NCBI GenBank assembly: GCA_020427145.1
Contig: JAGQOU010000338.1
Location: forward strand, 1,406-65,405
Direction: 5' to 3'
Origin: Planctomycetales bacterium
GTDB lineage: Bacteria > Planctomycetota > Planctomycetia > Pirellulales > Lacipirellulaceae
Length of the DNA: 64,000 nucleotides
A model generated the notes under the pieces. It was not told where the DNA came from, searched no databases, and saw nothing but the letters and a program-made list of their open reading frames with translations. The stretch's first letter is position 1. Each line of letters opens with the position of its first letter. Positions 9,911-19,230 of the stretch are shown one piece after another. The position numbers and the translations under genes were made by a program.

Positions 9911-10837
9911 TCAATCCTTGAAGTACTCGGGATTCTCGCGGCTGAAGTCCGCGTCGGTGAAACCGTTGTTGACCTTCAAGTTCATGTAGGTGTAGGTCTC
10001 TTCCAGCGGCGGCGCTTCGCCGGGGCGCTCGGGCCACAGGTAGGCCTCGTAGCGGATGGGGATCCGCAGTTCGTTGTCGATATAGACGCGGGCCTTGTGG
10101 AAGCGGAAGTTGCGCCGCTCGACCGGGTGCGTCACGTCCAGCAGCGTCACGGGACGCTTGACGCCGGTCTTGGGGCCCAGTTCGGTTTGCAGGTGCTGCA
10201 CTTCGCACTCGCCAAACTGCACGTCGTTGCTGGCAACCATGACCAACTCGTCGGTCAGGGCCTTCACGCCGAGCTTGGTGATCGGGTACTTCTGGCCCTT
10301 CATCGCGAGCCGGCCGTTGGGGTCGAGTTCGAACACGCCCAGTTTGCGGCGGAAGCCGCAGTCACGCGCCAGCAGCTTGCCGTTCGTGCCGTTGGGGCCT
10401 TCGACGTACATGCACTCGCGCCCCTTGTTCGGGGCCAGGAAGAACATGTAGACGCTGTAGGGTTGGTGCCGCACTTTGATGTAGGCGACTTCCTGATCCA
10501 TCAGCTCGCCGTCGATCCGCTCCTGCTTATACATGATCGCGGAGTAGTCGCGGATGGTGTTGTCGATGGTCGCCAGGCTCCCCTTGGCGAGCCGCAGCGC
10601 GGGCATCAGCGGATGCTCGCCGGGCCGCTGCGTCAGATCGAACGGAGCCCCGGGAGCGGGCGTGCCCGGCACGATTCGCGAAGCGACTTGCGTGGGAGCC
10701 GGCTCTTCGTGGGCCACCCGCATGATCGGCTCGACCCATCGGTCTTGCTGGGCGCGGGCGAGTGGCGTCGTCGCCAAGGCGCTGGCGGCAAGGGCCGACA
10801 GCGACACGATGCGGTGGAAGGCGGGTGACTTGAACAT
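9911..10837 (-). CDS. DUF1571-like secreted protein
   Basis: The start is taken at the ATG at 10837 (MFKSPAFHRIVSLSALAASALATTPLARA signal peptide, GGAGAG Shine-Dalgarno upstream); the longer 474-aa ORF upstream is not coding-like. The body (DYSAIMYKQERIDGEL..EVAYIKVRHQPYSVYMFF...GRLAMKGQKYPIT) fits my recollection of DUF1571. Confidence 0.75.
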   Translation of the reverse strand: MFKSPAFHRIVSLSALAASALATTPLARAQQDRWVEPIMRVAHEEPAPTQVASRIVPGTPAPGAPFDLTQRPGEHPLMPALRLAKGSLATIDNTIRDYSAIMYKQERIDGELMDQEVAYIKVRHQPYSVYMFFLAPNKGRECMYVEGPNGTNGKLLARDCGFRRKLGVFELDPNGRLAMKGQKYPITKLGVKALTDELVMVASNDVQFGECEVQHLQTELGPKTGVKRPVTLLDVTHPVERRNFRFHKARVYIDNELRIPIRYEAYLWPERPGEAPPLEETYTYMNLKVNNGFTDADFSRENPEYFKD

Positions 10838-11323
10838 GATCGCTACTCTCCTCGAGCGTGGCAGCTTTGCGGGCGAGCCGACGCCGCTGGTGGGGGCGAG
10901 GGCGTGTACGGGGGCGTGCAAGGCGACTTGGGGGGCGGTGCCGTTGGATTTCTCTGTGAAAACGTCCGCTATACCGTGCGACGCCGTGGTTCGCGATGCG
11001 AACGACGGACGACTTGCCCCCGGGAAGTCCACGATGCCGGCGACCGGCGGGTCCCGATCAGCAGCGCGCCCACAGGGCAAATATCGCACGGCGCAAGCGA
11101 AATAATGACAATTTGCGTCAGAGGCAGCTGGGTTTGCCCAACCGGACCAACCCGGCCCCTTCATCCGGCGACGCAATGCACTAGGATTTGTCGAGCCGGG
11201 GCGATGTTTCGCGAGAAACTGTTCGGTCGCCTGGCTCGTCAAACCGCTGCACATCGCGCCGTCTGATGCGACGCGGGGCGGGATCGTATCGTTTGCCCCC
11301 GCCACGGGGAAGAGGAACTTCAA

Positions 11324-11986
11324 TTGGCTCAACATCCCTTATTGGTAATACGAACCGTCGTGTCGGCGCTGTTCGAGGAGAATGCTTTCATCATCGCCGC
11401 GGCGGATCGCGACGACTGCGTCGTGGTCGATCCGGGGCTGGAACCGGACAAGATCATCGCCGAAGTGCATGCATTGGGGCGGACCCCGGCGGCAATCCTC
11501 AACACGCACGGCCATGCCGATCATATTGCCGGCAACGCCGCGCTGAAGGCCGAGTGGCCAGACATCCCGCTGGTGATCGGCCGCGGCGATGCCGCGAAAC
11601 TCACCGACGCGACGGCCAATCTGTCGGCAGGATTCGGGCTTCCCGTGACGAGCCCGCCGGCGGATCGCCAAGTCGACGAGGGCGACGTGCTGGAGATTGC
11701 CGGCGTCGCGTGGACCGTGTGGGACACGCCGGGGCACTCGAGCGGGCACGTCGCGTTCGTGGCGCTCGAACTGCAGCCGCATCTCGTGCTGGGGGGCGAC
11801 GTGCTCTTCGCCGGCAGCATCGGCCGCAGCGATTTTCCCGACAGCGATTCGGCGGCGCTGTTCGCTTCGATCCGCGAAAAGCTGTTCTCGCTGCCTGACG
11901 ACGCGATCGTGCTCGCCGGCCACGGTCCGGCCACGACCATCGGACGGGAAAAACGCACCAACCCGTTTGTGGGCGAGCGGCGCTGA
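11324..11986 (+). CDS. MBL-fold metallo-hydrolase (glyoxalase II/YcbL-like)
   Basis: 220 aa. HxHxDH motif (NTHGHADHIAGN). TPGHSSGHV and GDVLFAGSIGRSDFP are typical of small MBL hydrolases. Confidence 0.85.
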   Translation: MAQHPLLVIRTVVSALFEENAFIIAAADRDDCVVVDPGLEPDKIIAEVHALGRTPAAILNTHGHADHIAGNAALKAEWPDIPLVIGRGDAAKLTDATANLSAGFGLPVTSPPADRQVDEGDVLEIAGVAWTVWDTPGHSSGHVAFVALELQPHLVLGGDVLFAGSIGRSDFPDSDSAALFASIREKLFSLPDDAIVLAGHGPATTIGREKRTNPFVGERR

Positions 11987-11989
11987 CCG

Positions 11990-13780
11990 TCAGTCCTCGT
12001 CTTCGCTGCCGTCGGAAAACGATTGCGTGGCGCGCAATTGCGGGTCGACGTGGTCGTCGGCGACGTCCTCGGCAACCATGGTGGCCGGCAGTTCCAGCGT
12101 GAAGCAACTGCCATGGCCCACCGTGCTGGCGACCGTAATCTTGCCGCCGTGCTCTTCCAGGATCTTCTGCGACACCGGTAGCCCCAGCCCCGTGCCGCGG
12201 CCGCCTTTGCGGGAAACAAACGCCGTGAAGATGGCCTCCATGTCCTCGGGAGCGATCCCCGGGCCGTTGTCTTGCACGGTGACGTACGCCGTTTTGTGCG
12301 GCTCGTCGTAGCGCGTGGCGACGGTCACGGCGCCCTGTTCGGTCTCGTCGCAGGCGTCGATCGCGTTGGTCACCAAGTTGAGAATCGCGCGGTGCAAGCC
12401 CTCGGGGTCGAACATCAGCTGCGGCATCGCGTCGTCGGGCTGCCACTGTAACGCAACCCCCAGATCGTCGGCGCGCGTTTGCATGAGTTCGACGACGTCG
12501 GCCGCAACTTCGTTGAGTTGCCCCGGCTCGGGCTCGGGCTCGCGTTCTTTGCTGAACGTGAGCATGTCGAGCACGAGCGCCGAGATGCGTTCCTGATTTC
12601 GTTCGACGATGCTCCAGCCTTTGCGAATGGTCCCGACCGCGCTCTGCGCTTCGTCGAGGTCCGCTTCCCCCTCGCTCGTCGCGTTGTCGTGCGCGTTGAG
12701 CCCCAACTCAATCAGATAGCTGCCGCCGCGGACGCCCTGCAGAATGTTTTTGATATGGTGCGAGAGCGACGCGACCGCCTGCCCCACGGCCGCCAAACGT
12801 TCGGCCTGCACCAGAGCTTTGTAGTACGACGTATCCTCCACCGCGAGCGCCGCCTGGTGCCCGATGGCGATCATCAACCGCAGATGCTCTTCGGTAAACT
12901 GGTTGGCGCCCTTGGAGAGCACCAGCCGCTGCGGCGTGGCGGCGGTGTCGATGTAGATGACCCCGACAATGTCGTAGCGACCTTGCATCGGCACGCAGAT
13001 CGCTTCCCGCACGGCGAGATTCACGATGCTTTGCGCCGGGTCCCAGCGACTGTCGTCGCGGGCGTTGCTGGTCAGCACGCCTTCGCGATGTTCCTCGACG
13101 TAGTCGAGAATGGTCTTGCTGATCGAGATTTTCTCTTGCGTCTGCGAACCGCGCCGGTGCCGGCGCACCTTTGGCTCCAGCTTGCCCGTCTCCAGGTTCT
13201 TCATCATGATGCAGCCGCGGTCGGCGTCGACCCAATCGAAGATCATATCCATGATTCGATTGAGCAGCTGGTCGATGTCGAGCGTGTGACTCACGGCCAA
13301 GGCCGTGCGATACATGATCTGCAGGTTGCTGCGCGCCTGGGCGAGAAACGGGTTGGACGATCCGCGGGCGTTGGGCATCAGCCATTCGCTGCCGCCGGTT
13401 TGGCTCAGCGATGCAACGATCCGCGAACCGTCGTCGCCGCTGGTGATCGGCACGATGTTGACCAGGTCCGCCAAATCCTCCGGCGGCGTGTCGTGCGAGC
13501 TCGTGTACAGCAGCGTGGACCGCCCCACCTGCACCTGGTCGCCGGTCAAAAGCGGCTGTTCGGTGACCGCCCGACCGTTGATGAAGGTGCCGTTGCTGCT
13601 GCCGGAGTCGCGCAGCAGATAGCCGTCGCCGCGACGCACCAATTCCGCGTGATTGCGCGACACTTCCGTATCGTGCAATCGGATGGAATTGGCCTGCGTC
13701 CGGCCGATTGAGTGAACGGAATCATCCAGTTCAAACCGCGCACCCTGGTCGCGGCCGTGGATTACAAACAACGATGCCAC
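11990..13780 (-). CDS. FHA-GAF-HisKA-HATPase sensor histidine kinase
   Basis: 596 aa. N-terminal FHA domain (IGRTQANSIRLHDTEVSRNHAEL...SSNGTFINGR). Central GAF-like region. H-box SLSHHIKNILQGV. C-terminal N/G1/G2 boxes (NLVTNAIDA, DNGPGI, GTGLGL). No TM segment seen. Confidence 0.9.
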   Translation of the reverse strand: MASLFVIHGRDQGARFELDDSVHSIGRTQANSIRLHDTEVSRNHAELVRRGDGYLLRDSGSSNGTFINGRAVTEQPLLTGDQVQVGRSTLLYTSSHDTPPEDLADLVNIVPITSGDDGSRIVASLSQTGGSEWLMPNARGSSNPFLAQARSNLQIMYRTALAVSHTLDIDQLLNRIMDMIFDWVDADRGCIMMKNLETGKLEPKVRRHRRGSQTQEKISISKTILDYVEEHREGVLTSNARDDSRWDPAQSIVNLAVREAICVPMQGRYDIVGVIYIDTAATPQRLVLSKGANQFTEEHLRLMIAIGHQAALAVEDTSYYKALVQAERLAAVGQAVASLSHHIKNILQGVRGGSYLIELGLNAHDNATSEGEADLDEAQSAVGTIRKGWSIVERNQERISALVLDMLTFSKEREPEPEPGQLNEVAADVVELMQTRADDLGVALQWQPDDAMPQLMFDPEGLHRAILNLVTNAIDACDETEQGAVTVATRYDEPHKTAYVTVQDNGPGIAPEDMEAIFTAFVSRKGGRGTGLGLPVSQKILEEHGGKITVASTVGHGSCFTLELPATMVAEDVADDHVDPQLRATQSFSDGSEDED

Positions 13781-14121
13781 GCGTCTTGGCTCTTTTGCTC
13801 GACGAAAAGGGACGCCTGAGGGGAGGTTCCAGAAGTCCCCTGATTGTACGAGGGGGCTGCAAATGCGGATAGTCCCTGCGGGCGCAGTCGCTTGTCCGGC
13901 AAGGAGTTACGGACGCCCCGGCGTTCGGGCGAGGCCGGTTGGGTAAGAGTTGCGGCCCCGCGGCTCAACTGCCCTTGCCCCGGTTGGACTTGGTCGACAC
14001 AATACGCCCCGCCTATCAAGCCCGTCGTCCGCTTCCCCCGCGGCAATCGCTGCCGCCCCTGCGGACGGGACCCACTACGTTCCGGTCATGGATGACCAAA
14101 ATTTCAGCAAGGAGTGCTGAC

Positions 14122-14736
14122 GTGAAAAAGCTGCTGCTTTCAGCCGTCGCGATGGGGCTCGCCCTGACCTCGGCAAACGTCTCTGTGGCCCAGAATCCTC
14201 ATGGGGCCAACGCCGCTAAGTATGGCGTCGCCGTCGTCGACGTGACGTACATCTTCAAGGAGTATCCCAAGTTCAAGTCCATCATGGACGGGATGAAGAA
14301 GGAGATGGAGGCGGCCGAAACGCAGTTGAAGGCCGACCGCGATCGCATTCAACAACTGCAAGAACGCCGCGACACGCTGCAACCGAGCAGCGACGAGTTC
14401 AAGCAACTCGACGAGACCCTCGCCCGCCAGCAGGCCGAATTCCAGATCAAAGCCGGCACCATGCGCCGCGACATCATGGAACGCGAGGCCAAGGTCTACA
14501 TGGAGACCTACCGCGAAGTGGCTGCCGCCGTCCGGGCGTACGCCACCAGCAACAACATTGGTCTGGTGATTCGCTACAACGGCGACGACGTCAACTCGTC
14601 GGAGAATCGCCAGGACGTGCTGCGGGCGATCAATCAGCCGATCGTCTACCAGAACAGCGTCGACATCACGCCTGACGTGCTGCTGTTGTTGAACCGCGGC
14701 ACTGGCGTCGCTGCCCGTCCGCGGATGCAGCAGTAG
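14122..14736 (+). CDS. skp: OmpH/Skp family periplasmic chaperone
   Basis: A GTG at 14122 sits 7 nt after AAGGAG (14109-14114) and gives VKKLLLSAVAMGLALTSANVSVAQ as signal peptide; the ATG at 14092 is the alternative start. The body is a coiled-coil, Lys/Glu/Gln-rich Skp-like sequence (VVDVTYIFKEYPKFKS...). The gene lies upstream of lpxC and lpxA. Confidence 0.8.
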   Translation: MKKLLLSAVAMGLALTSANVSVAQNPHGANAAKYGVAVVDVTYIFKEYPKFKSIMDGMKKEMEAAETQLKADRDRIQQLQERRDTLQPSSDEFKQLDETLARQQAEFQIKAGTMRRDIMEREAKVYMETYREVAAAVRAYATSNNIGLVIRYNGDDVNSSENRQDVLRAINQPIVYQNSVDITPDVLLLLNRGTGVAARPRMQQ

Positions 14737-14756
14737 TAGTCGATTTGTTGCGCCGT

Positions 14757-14785
14757 GTCGGCGTCGTCGTTGCGACGACGCCGAC
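14757..14785 (+). other. Perfect 13-bp GC-rich stem-loop between skp and lpxC
   Basis: GTCGGCGTCGTCG-TTG-CGACGACGCCGAC with no T-run after it. It lies 21 nt after the skp stop and 50 nt before the lpxC ATG. Confidence 0.5.
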
Positions 14786-14835
14786 GCGTGTCGCTTCCGC
14801 CTTGATTCTGGCTTGGCTTCAGTGAAAGGGCTCGC

Positions 14836-15705
14836 ATGCCCGCCGCCCCCTTGCAGCAAACGCTCGCCGCGCCCGCGGTCGTCTACGGCTTCGGCTACTA
14901 CAGCGGAACCGACGTGCGACTGGAATTCCGCCCGGCGCCAATCAATTCCGGCGTGGTTTTCGTGCGGCCCGACGTCAGCGGTCACGCTCGCGTCCCCGTC
15001 CAGTGCGATCTGCGGACCGACGTGCCGCGGCGAACAAACCTGCGGCGGGGCGACGTCGAAGTGGCGATGGTCGAGCACGTGCTGGCCGCGCTGGCCGGAC
15101 TGCAGATCGACAATTGCGAGATCTGGATCGACCAACCGGAGATGCCCGGCTGCGACGGATCGGCCGACGCCTTTGTGCGGGCGATTTTCGGCGCCGGGAT
15201 CGTGGAGCAAGACGCCACGGCGCCGACGTTCGAGGTGACTCGCACTCTCCGCGTCGAGCACGGCAACTGCTGGATCGAGGCCTCGCCCAATCCGCAGGGG
15301 CAGCTGCACATCGAGTATCGCCTGGACTATCAACACGACTCCGTGATCGGCCGGCAAACGGCGTCGCTGACGGTCACGCCCGACGCCTTTCGTCGCGAAC
15401 TGGCGCCTTGCCGAACGTTTTTGCTGGCGAGCGAAGCCGAACAGCTTCGCGGCGCCGGACTGGGCTTGCGCGTCACGCACCGCGACCTGCTGGTGTTCGA
15501 CCAGCAAGGACCGATTAAGAACAAGCTTCGATTCCCCAACGAGTGCGCTCGCCACAAGGCGCTCGACGTGCTGGGGGACTTGGCGCTGATGGGCCGACGG
15601 GTTGTCGGCAATTTCGTGGCCTACCGCAGCGGACATCGGCTCAACGCCGAACTGGCAACGCGCCTGCTCAACAACGCTGCGAAGCCCATGCGAATTAGCG
15701 CCTAG
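14836..15705 (+). CDS. lpxC: UDP-3-O-acyl-N-acetylglucosamine deacetylase
   Basis: 289 aa. VEHVLAALAGLQIDN, MPGCDGSADAFV and HKALDVLGDLALMG match conserved LpxC blocks (compare E. coli TVEHLNAALAGLGIDN / IMDGSA / HK.LD..GDL). Confidence 0.9.
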   Translation: MPAAPLQQTLAAPAVVYGFGYYSGTDVRLEFRPAPINSGVVFVRPDVSGHARVPVQCDLRTDVPRRTNLRRGDVEVAMVEHVLAALAGLQIDNCEIWIDQPEMPGCDGSADAFVRAIFGAGIVEQDATAPTFEVTRTLRVEHGNCWIEASPNPQGQLHIEYRLDYQHDSVIGRQTASLTVTPDAFRRELAPCRTFLLASEAEQLRGAGLGLRVTHRDLLVFDQQGPIKNKLRFPNECARHKALDVLGDLALMGRRVVGNFVAYRSGHRLNAELATRLLNNAAKPMRISA

Positions 15706-15722
15706 TGAAAATGAGATGCGGT

Positions 15723-15752
15723 TTCACCACGGAGACGCGGAGACCACGGAGG
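15723..15752 (+). repeat. ACCACGGAGAC-RCGGAG extragenic repeat, copy 1
   Basis: TTCACCACGGAGACGCGGAGACCACGGAGG, internally about 8-nt periodic (CNCGGAGA), in the lpxC-lpxA spacer. Its partner is at 32199-32226 on the opposite strand. Confidence 0.55.
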
Positions 15753-16071
15753 TTTTGGATGCGGAATTGGCTATGACAACGCCCAGCGGCGCGCAACAGC
15801 AATTGCGACGAACGCGGAGCAGACGCCCTGAATCGCAATTCGGTTCAACGACGGCGTTTCCCGCTGCGTCTGCGATTGTTGCGAACCCTGCAGCCAATTT
15901 CCAAGTCCTGACTTTCCGCGCCCTTCGCGCCTCCGTCGTGAAGAAGACGATCGGCGGCAGATAAGAGAGAGACGCAACATGGCAGGCGACGCGCTTGCCC
16001 ACTGACGACGCGACCAGTTCGGCAGGCATGTCCAACGCCGTGCAGTCGCCCAATGCAGGATCGTAGACGAA

Positions 16072-16878
16072 ATGGCTACCAGCATCGCCGCAAATGCGTG
16101 GGTTGATCCCCGCGCGCACTTAGACGAAGAGGTCGAGGTGGGGCCGTTCTCCATGATTGGGCCCGATGTGCGCATCGGCCGCGGCACGCGGCTGCTAAGT
16201 CATGTGACCGTGATGGGCCGCGTGGAGATTGGCGCCGACAACGTCATCTACCCCAATGCCGTCATCGGCGGCGAGCCCCAGGACGTCAGTTACGACGGCT
16301 CGGACACGCGCGTGGTCATCGGCGACGGCAACGTCATTCGCGAAGGCGTGACCATTCACCGCGGCAGTCAAAAAGAAGACGGCCTCACGCAGGTGGGCGA
16401 CCACAACTTTCTGATGGCCAATTGCCACGTGGCCCACGATTGCCAAATCAGCAACCATGTGACCATCGCCAACGGCACGCTGCTGGCCGGGCACGTGCAT
16501 GTGCACGACCACGCCAACATTTCCGGCGCCGTGGCCGTACATCACTTCGTGACCGTCGGTCGGTACAGCTTCCTCGGCGGGCTCAGCCGGGCGCTGCACG
16601 ACATCCCCCCTTACATGCTGTGCGAAGGTGCGCCCGCGCGGCCGCGATGCATCAACATTGTCGCGTTGCGCCGGCACGATTTCTCGCGTGAAACGATCGA
16701 CTGCCTGGCGGCGGCCCATCGTCTGCTCTACCGCTCCAAGGTCGACGCGACCCATGCGGTGGAGATTCTGCAATCCAAGGACCAAATGTGCCCCGAGGTT
16801 GAGGAGCTGTTCGAGTTTCTCTCCGGGCAACAGGCAGGCAAACACGGCCGCGGCCGGGAAATGAGGAGAGCGGCGTGA
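16072..16878 (+). CDS. lpxA: Acyl-ACP--UDP-N-acetylglucosamine O-acyltransferase
   Basis: 268 aa. Left-handed beta-helix hexapeptide repeats, then a C-terminal helical domain. DPRAHL...VGPFSMIGPDV.IG, NCHVAHDC.I.NH and GG.S....D.PPYML are LpxA-like. Confidence 0.9.
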   Translation: MATSIAANAWVDPRAHLDEEVEVGPFSMIGPDVRIGRGTRLLSHVTVMGRVEIGADNVIYPNAVIGGEPQDVSYDGSDTRVVIGDGNVIREGVTIHRGSQKEDGLTQVGDHNFLMANCHVAHDCQISNHVTIANGTLLAGHVHVHDHANISGAVAVHHFVTVGRYSFLGGLSRALHDIPPYMLCEGAPARPRCINIVALRRHDFSRETIDCLAAAHRLLYRSKVDATHAVEILQSKDQMCPEVEELFEFLSGQQAGKHGRGREMRRAA

Positions 16879-17987
16879 AACGGGTACGCATGGCAGTCGT
16901 CGGCACGGGCCACCTGGGAAAGATTCACGCCCGGCTGGCCGCCGGTTTGCCGGAAATTGAACTCACCGCGGTGGTCGACGCCAATCGCGCCGCCGCCGAA
17001 GCCGTGGCCCAGGAAACGGGCGCCCGCCCTGTGGCGCAGCTCGTCGATCTGGTCGGCGAAGTCGATGCGGCCGTCGTGGCCACGCCGACCGACACGCACT
17101 TTGCCGTCGCCAGTCAGCTGATCGACAGCGGCATTCACGTGCTGGCGGAAAAGCCGCTCGCGCCCACGGTGGACGAAGCCGACCGTCTGGTGCGGCTCGC
17201 CCGTCGCGCCCACTGCGTGCTGCAAGTGGGCCACGTCGAACGATTCAACCCGGCGCTGGAAGCGGTGCGCGACCAACTGATCGATCCGAAATACATCGAA
17301 GCCCGCCGGCAGAGCACGTACACGTTCCGCTCGACCGACGTCGGCGTGGTGCTCGACCTGATGATTCATGACATCGACATCGTGCTGTCGCTCGTGCAGT
17401 CGGCAGTCACCAGCGTCGACGCGCTGGGCGTATCGGTGATGGGCGGGCACGAAGACATGGTCAGCGCCCGCCTACATTTCGAATGCGGCGCCGTGGCGAG
17501 TCTCACGGCCTCGCGCACCAGCTACGCTCCGGCGCGGCACATGCAGGTGTTCACGCCGCACCGCTTCGCTTCGATCGACTTTGCCACTCGGCAGGCGACG
17601 ATTGTGAATCCCCACGACATCATTCGCCAACGGCGTCTGAACGCCAACGAGCTGGCCGCGCACGCGCAGGCCGCGATGCGTGAACAACTGTTCGAAAACT
17701 GGCTGGTGAAGAACACCGTCGAGGCGCCCGCGACCAACGCCATCGAAAACGAGTTGCGCGACTTCGCTGCGGCGATCCTTACCGGCAGCGAACCGCGCGT
17801 CACCGGCGCTGCGGGCCGCGACGCCGTGTTCGTGGCCGAAATGGTGCTGGCCAGCGTTGCCGCCCACCGCTGGGACGGTCGCAACGGGCAACGCATCGGT
17901 CCGCTCGCCCAACCCCAATCGCCGGCCGCCGCGCCGGACGACTTCGGCAACGACGACGACACGGTCATCTGGCGTAAAGCAGGCTGA
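16875..17987 (+). CDS. Gfo/Idh/MocA family NAD(P)-dependent oxidoreductase, translationally coupled to lpxA
   Basis: 370 aa. Rossmann motif VGTGHLGKIH. EKPLA motif (VLAEKPLAPT). The GTG start overlaps the lpxA TGA (GTGA); the ATG at 16890 is the alternative start. Confidence 0.85.
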   Translation: MKRVRMAVVGTGHLGKIHARLAAGLPEIELTAVVDANRAAAEAVAQETGARPVAQLVDLVGEVDAAVVATPTDTHFAVASQLIDSGIHVLAEKPLAPTVDEADRLVRLARRAHCVLQVGHVERFNPALEAVRDQLIDPKYIEARRQSTYTFRSTDVGVVLDLMIHDIDIVLSLVQSAVTSVDALGVSVMGGHEDMVSARLHFECGAVASLTASRTSYAPARHMQVFTPHRFASIDFATRQATIVNPHDIIRQRRLNANELAAHAQAAMREQLFENWLVKNTVEAPATNAIENELRDFAAAILTGSEPRVTGAAGRDAVFVAEMVLASVAAHRWDGRNGQRIGPLAQPQSPAAAPDDFGNDDDTVIWRKAG

Positions 17988-18472
17988 GTTGGCTGCTTCC
18001 TGGCTAGCCACGGTCGATTCACGCCACGGACCGCGGGCTGTTCTCGAAGAGTACGGCCCGCGCTGACGACGCGACCGCGTTGTGCTCAAGACGGGTGGGC
18101 GTCGGCAAGCCCTGCCGCCGATCTTGTGCTGCCCCCTCTTTCTGGGGATTGGGCCAGCCTGCGACTCCACGCACGGGTCTCTTTGCAGGCGTCGTTTGCA
18201 GCGCGGAGCGCGTCGACCGCCGCGCGCCTGTCGTCGCTGCGTGGTGCTGCTCCAAGAGCGCATTTTCCGTCATAGTTGGAAGCGGACTCGGCGCCGTGGT
18301 ATGGTGGTCCGTTGAGAGGTTTCTTGTGGCAACGCGTTGGCGTTGACAAACAATCTCAAACGCCAAGAAACGCTCCTCTTCACAACTGCTCTGGCCCCGC
18401 CGTCTGATCCGATGTTGATCGCCCGCGGGGTCGCGGCTGCTGCGAGGTTTTCAACCGCCAAAGGAGGCGGGC

Positions 18473-19177
18473 ATGATGATCACTCGGGCCGGTTTCTTTG
18501 CCGCTGTCGCGTTGGCGGCGTCCTTTGCGGTCGCAGCGGAGACGGCCAAGCAGAAGTCCGACGACGGCTTCACCGCCATGTTCAACGGCAAGGACCTGAC
18601 CGGCTGGGAGGGGGCGCTGGGGTGGTGGGAAGTTCGCGACGGGATACTCACCGCCGAAAGCACGCCGAGTAAGCCCTGCCAGCGGTCGCATTACCTCTAC
18701 TGGAAAGGCGGCGAGCCGGCGAATTTCGACCTGCGCGCGACCTACCGCATCAGCGGAGAGGCCAACTCGGGCATCCAGTTTCGTAGCGAGCGGCGGCCCG
18801 AGTGGGACACGTGGGGCTACCAGGCCGACCTCGACTCCGCCGGCCAATACACCGGGTGCCTTTACCAGCACGACCGCGGTCTGGTCGCACAGCGCGGTCA
18901 GCGCGTGCTTATCGACGCGTCCGGTCACAAGGAGATCACCACAATCGGCGACGCCGCAAAACTGCTCAAGGCGGTTCGCCCCGACGACTGGAACGAGTAC
19001 CGCATTCTTGCCAAGGGCCCGCAGATCACGCTGTGGATCAACGACGTGCTGATGTGCCAGGTCGAAGATCACCAAGAGAAGTTCACGCGGCCCCAGGGGA
19101 TCATCGCCCTGCAGTTGCATCAGGGGCCGCCGATGAAGGTTGAGTTTAAGGAATTGAAGATTCGGACTCTCGACTAA
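18473..19177 (+). CDS. DUF1080 (3-keto-disaccharide hydrolase-like) secreted protein
   Basis: 234 aa. AAAGGAGG Shine-Dalgarno upstream and a signal peptide. FNGKDLTGWEG...W.V.DG.L, NSGIQFRS, NEYRI.A.G..I.LW.N and IALQLH are hallmark DUF1080 blocks. Confidence 0.85.
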   Translation: MMITRAGFFAAVALAASFAVAAETAKQKSDDGFTAMFNGKDLTGWEGALGWWEVRDGILTAESTPSKPCQRSHYLYWKGGEPANFDLRATYRISGEANSGIQFRSERRPEWDTWGYQADLDSAGQYTGCLYQHDRGLVAQRGQRVLIDASGHKEITTIGDAAKLLKAVRPDDWNEYRILAKGPQITLWINDVLMCQVEDHQEKFTRPQGIIALQLHQGPPMKVEFKELKIRTLD

Positions 19178-19230
19178 CTGCTTCCGGTTCATCGGCGACG
19201 ATCAACCGACTGTTTTGGGGAACAACAATC

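Noticed and set aside
14140-15636. 498-aa minus-strand ORF across skp and lpxC
   Set aside because: It is antisense to two well-supported genes. The translation is low-complexity and Arg/Ala/Gly/His-rich. It spans an intergenic hairpin, which a real gene would be unlikely to do.
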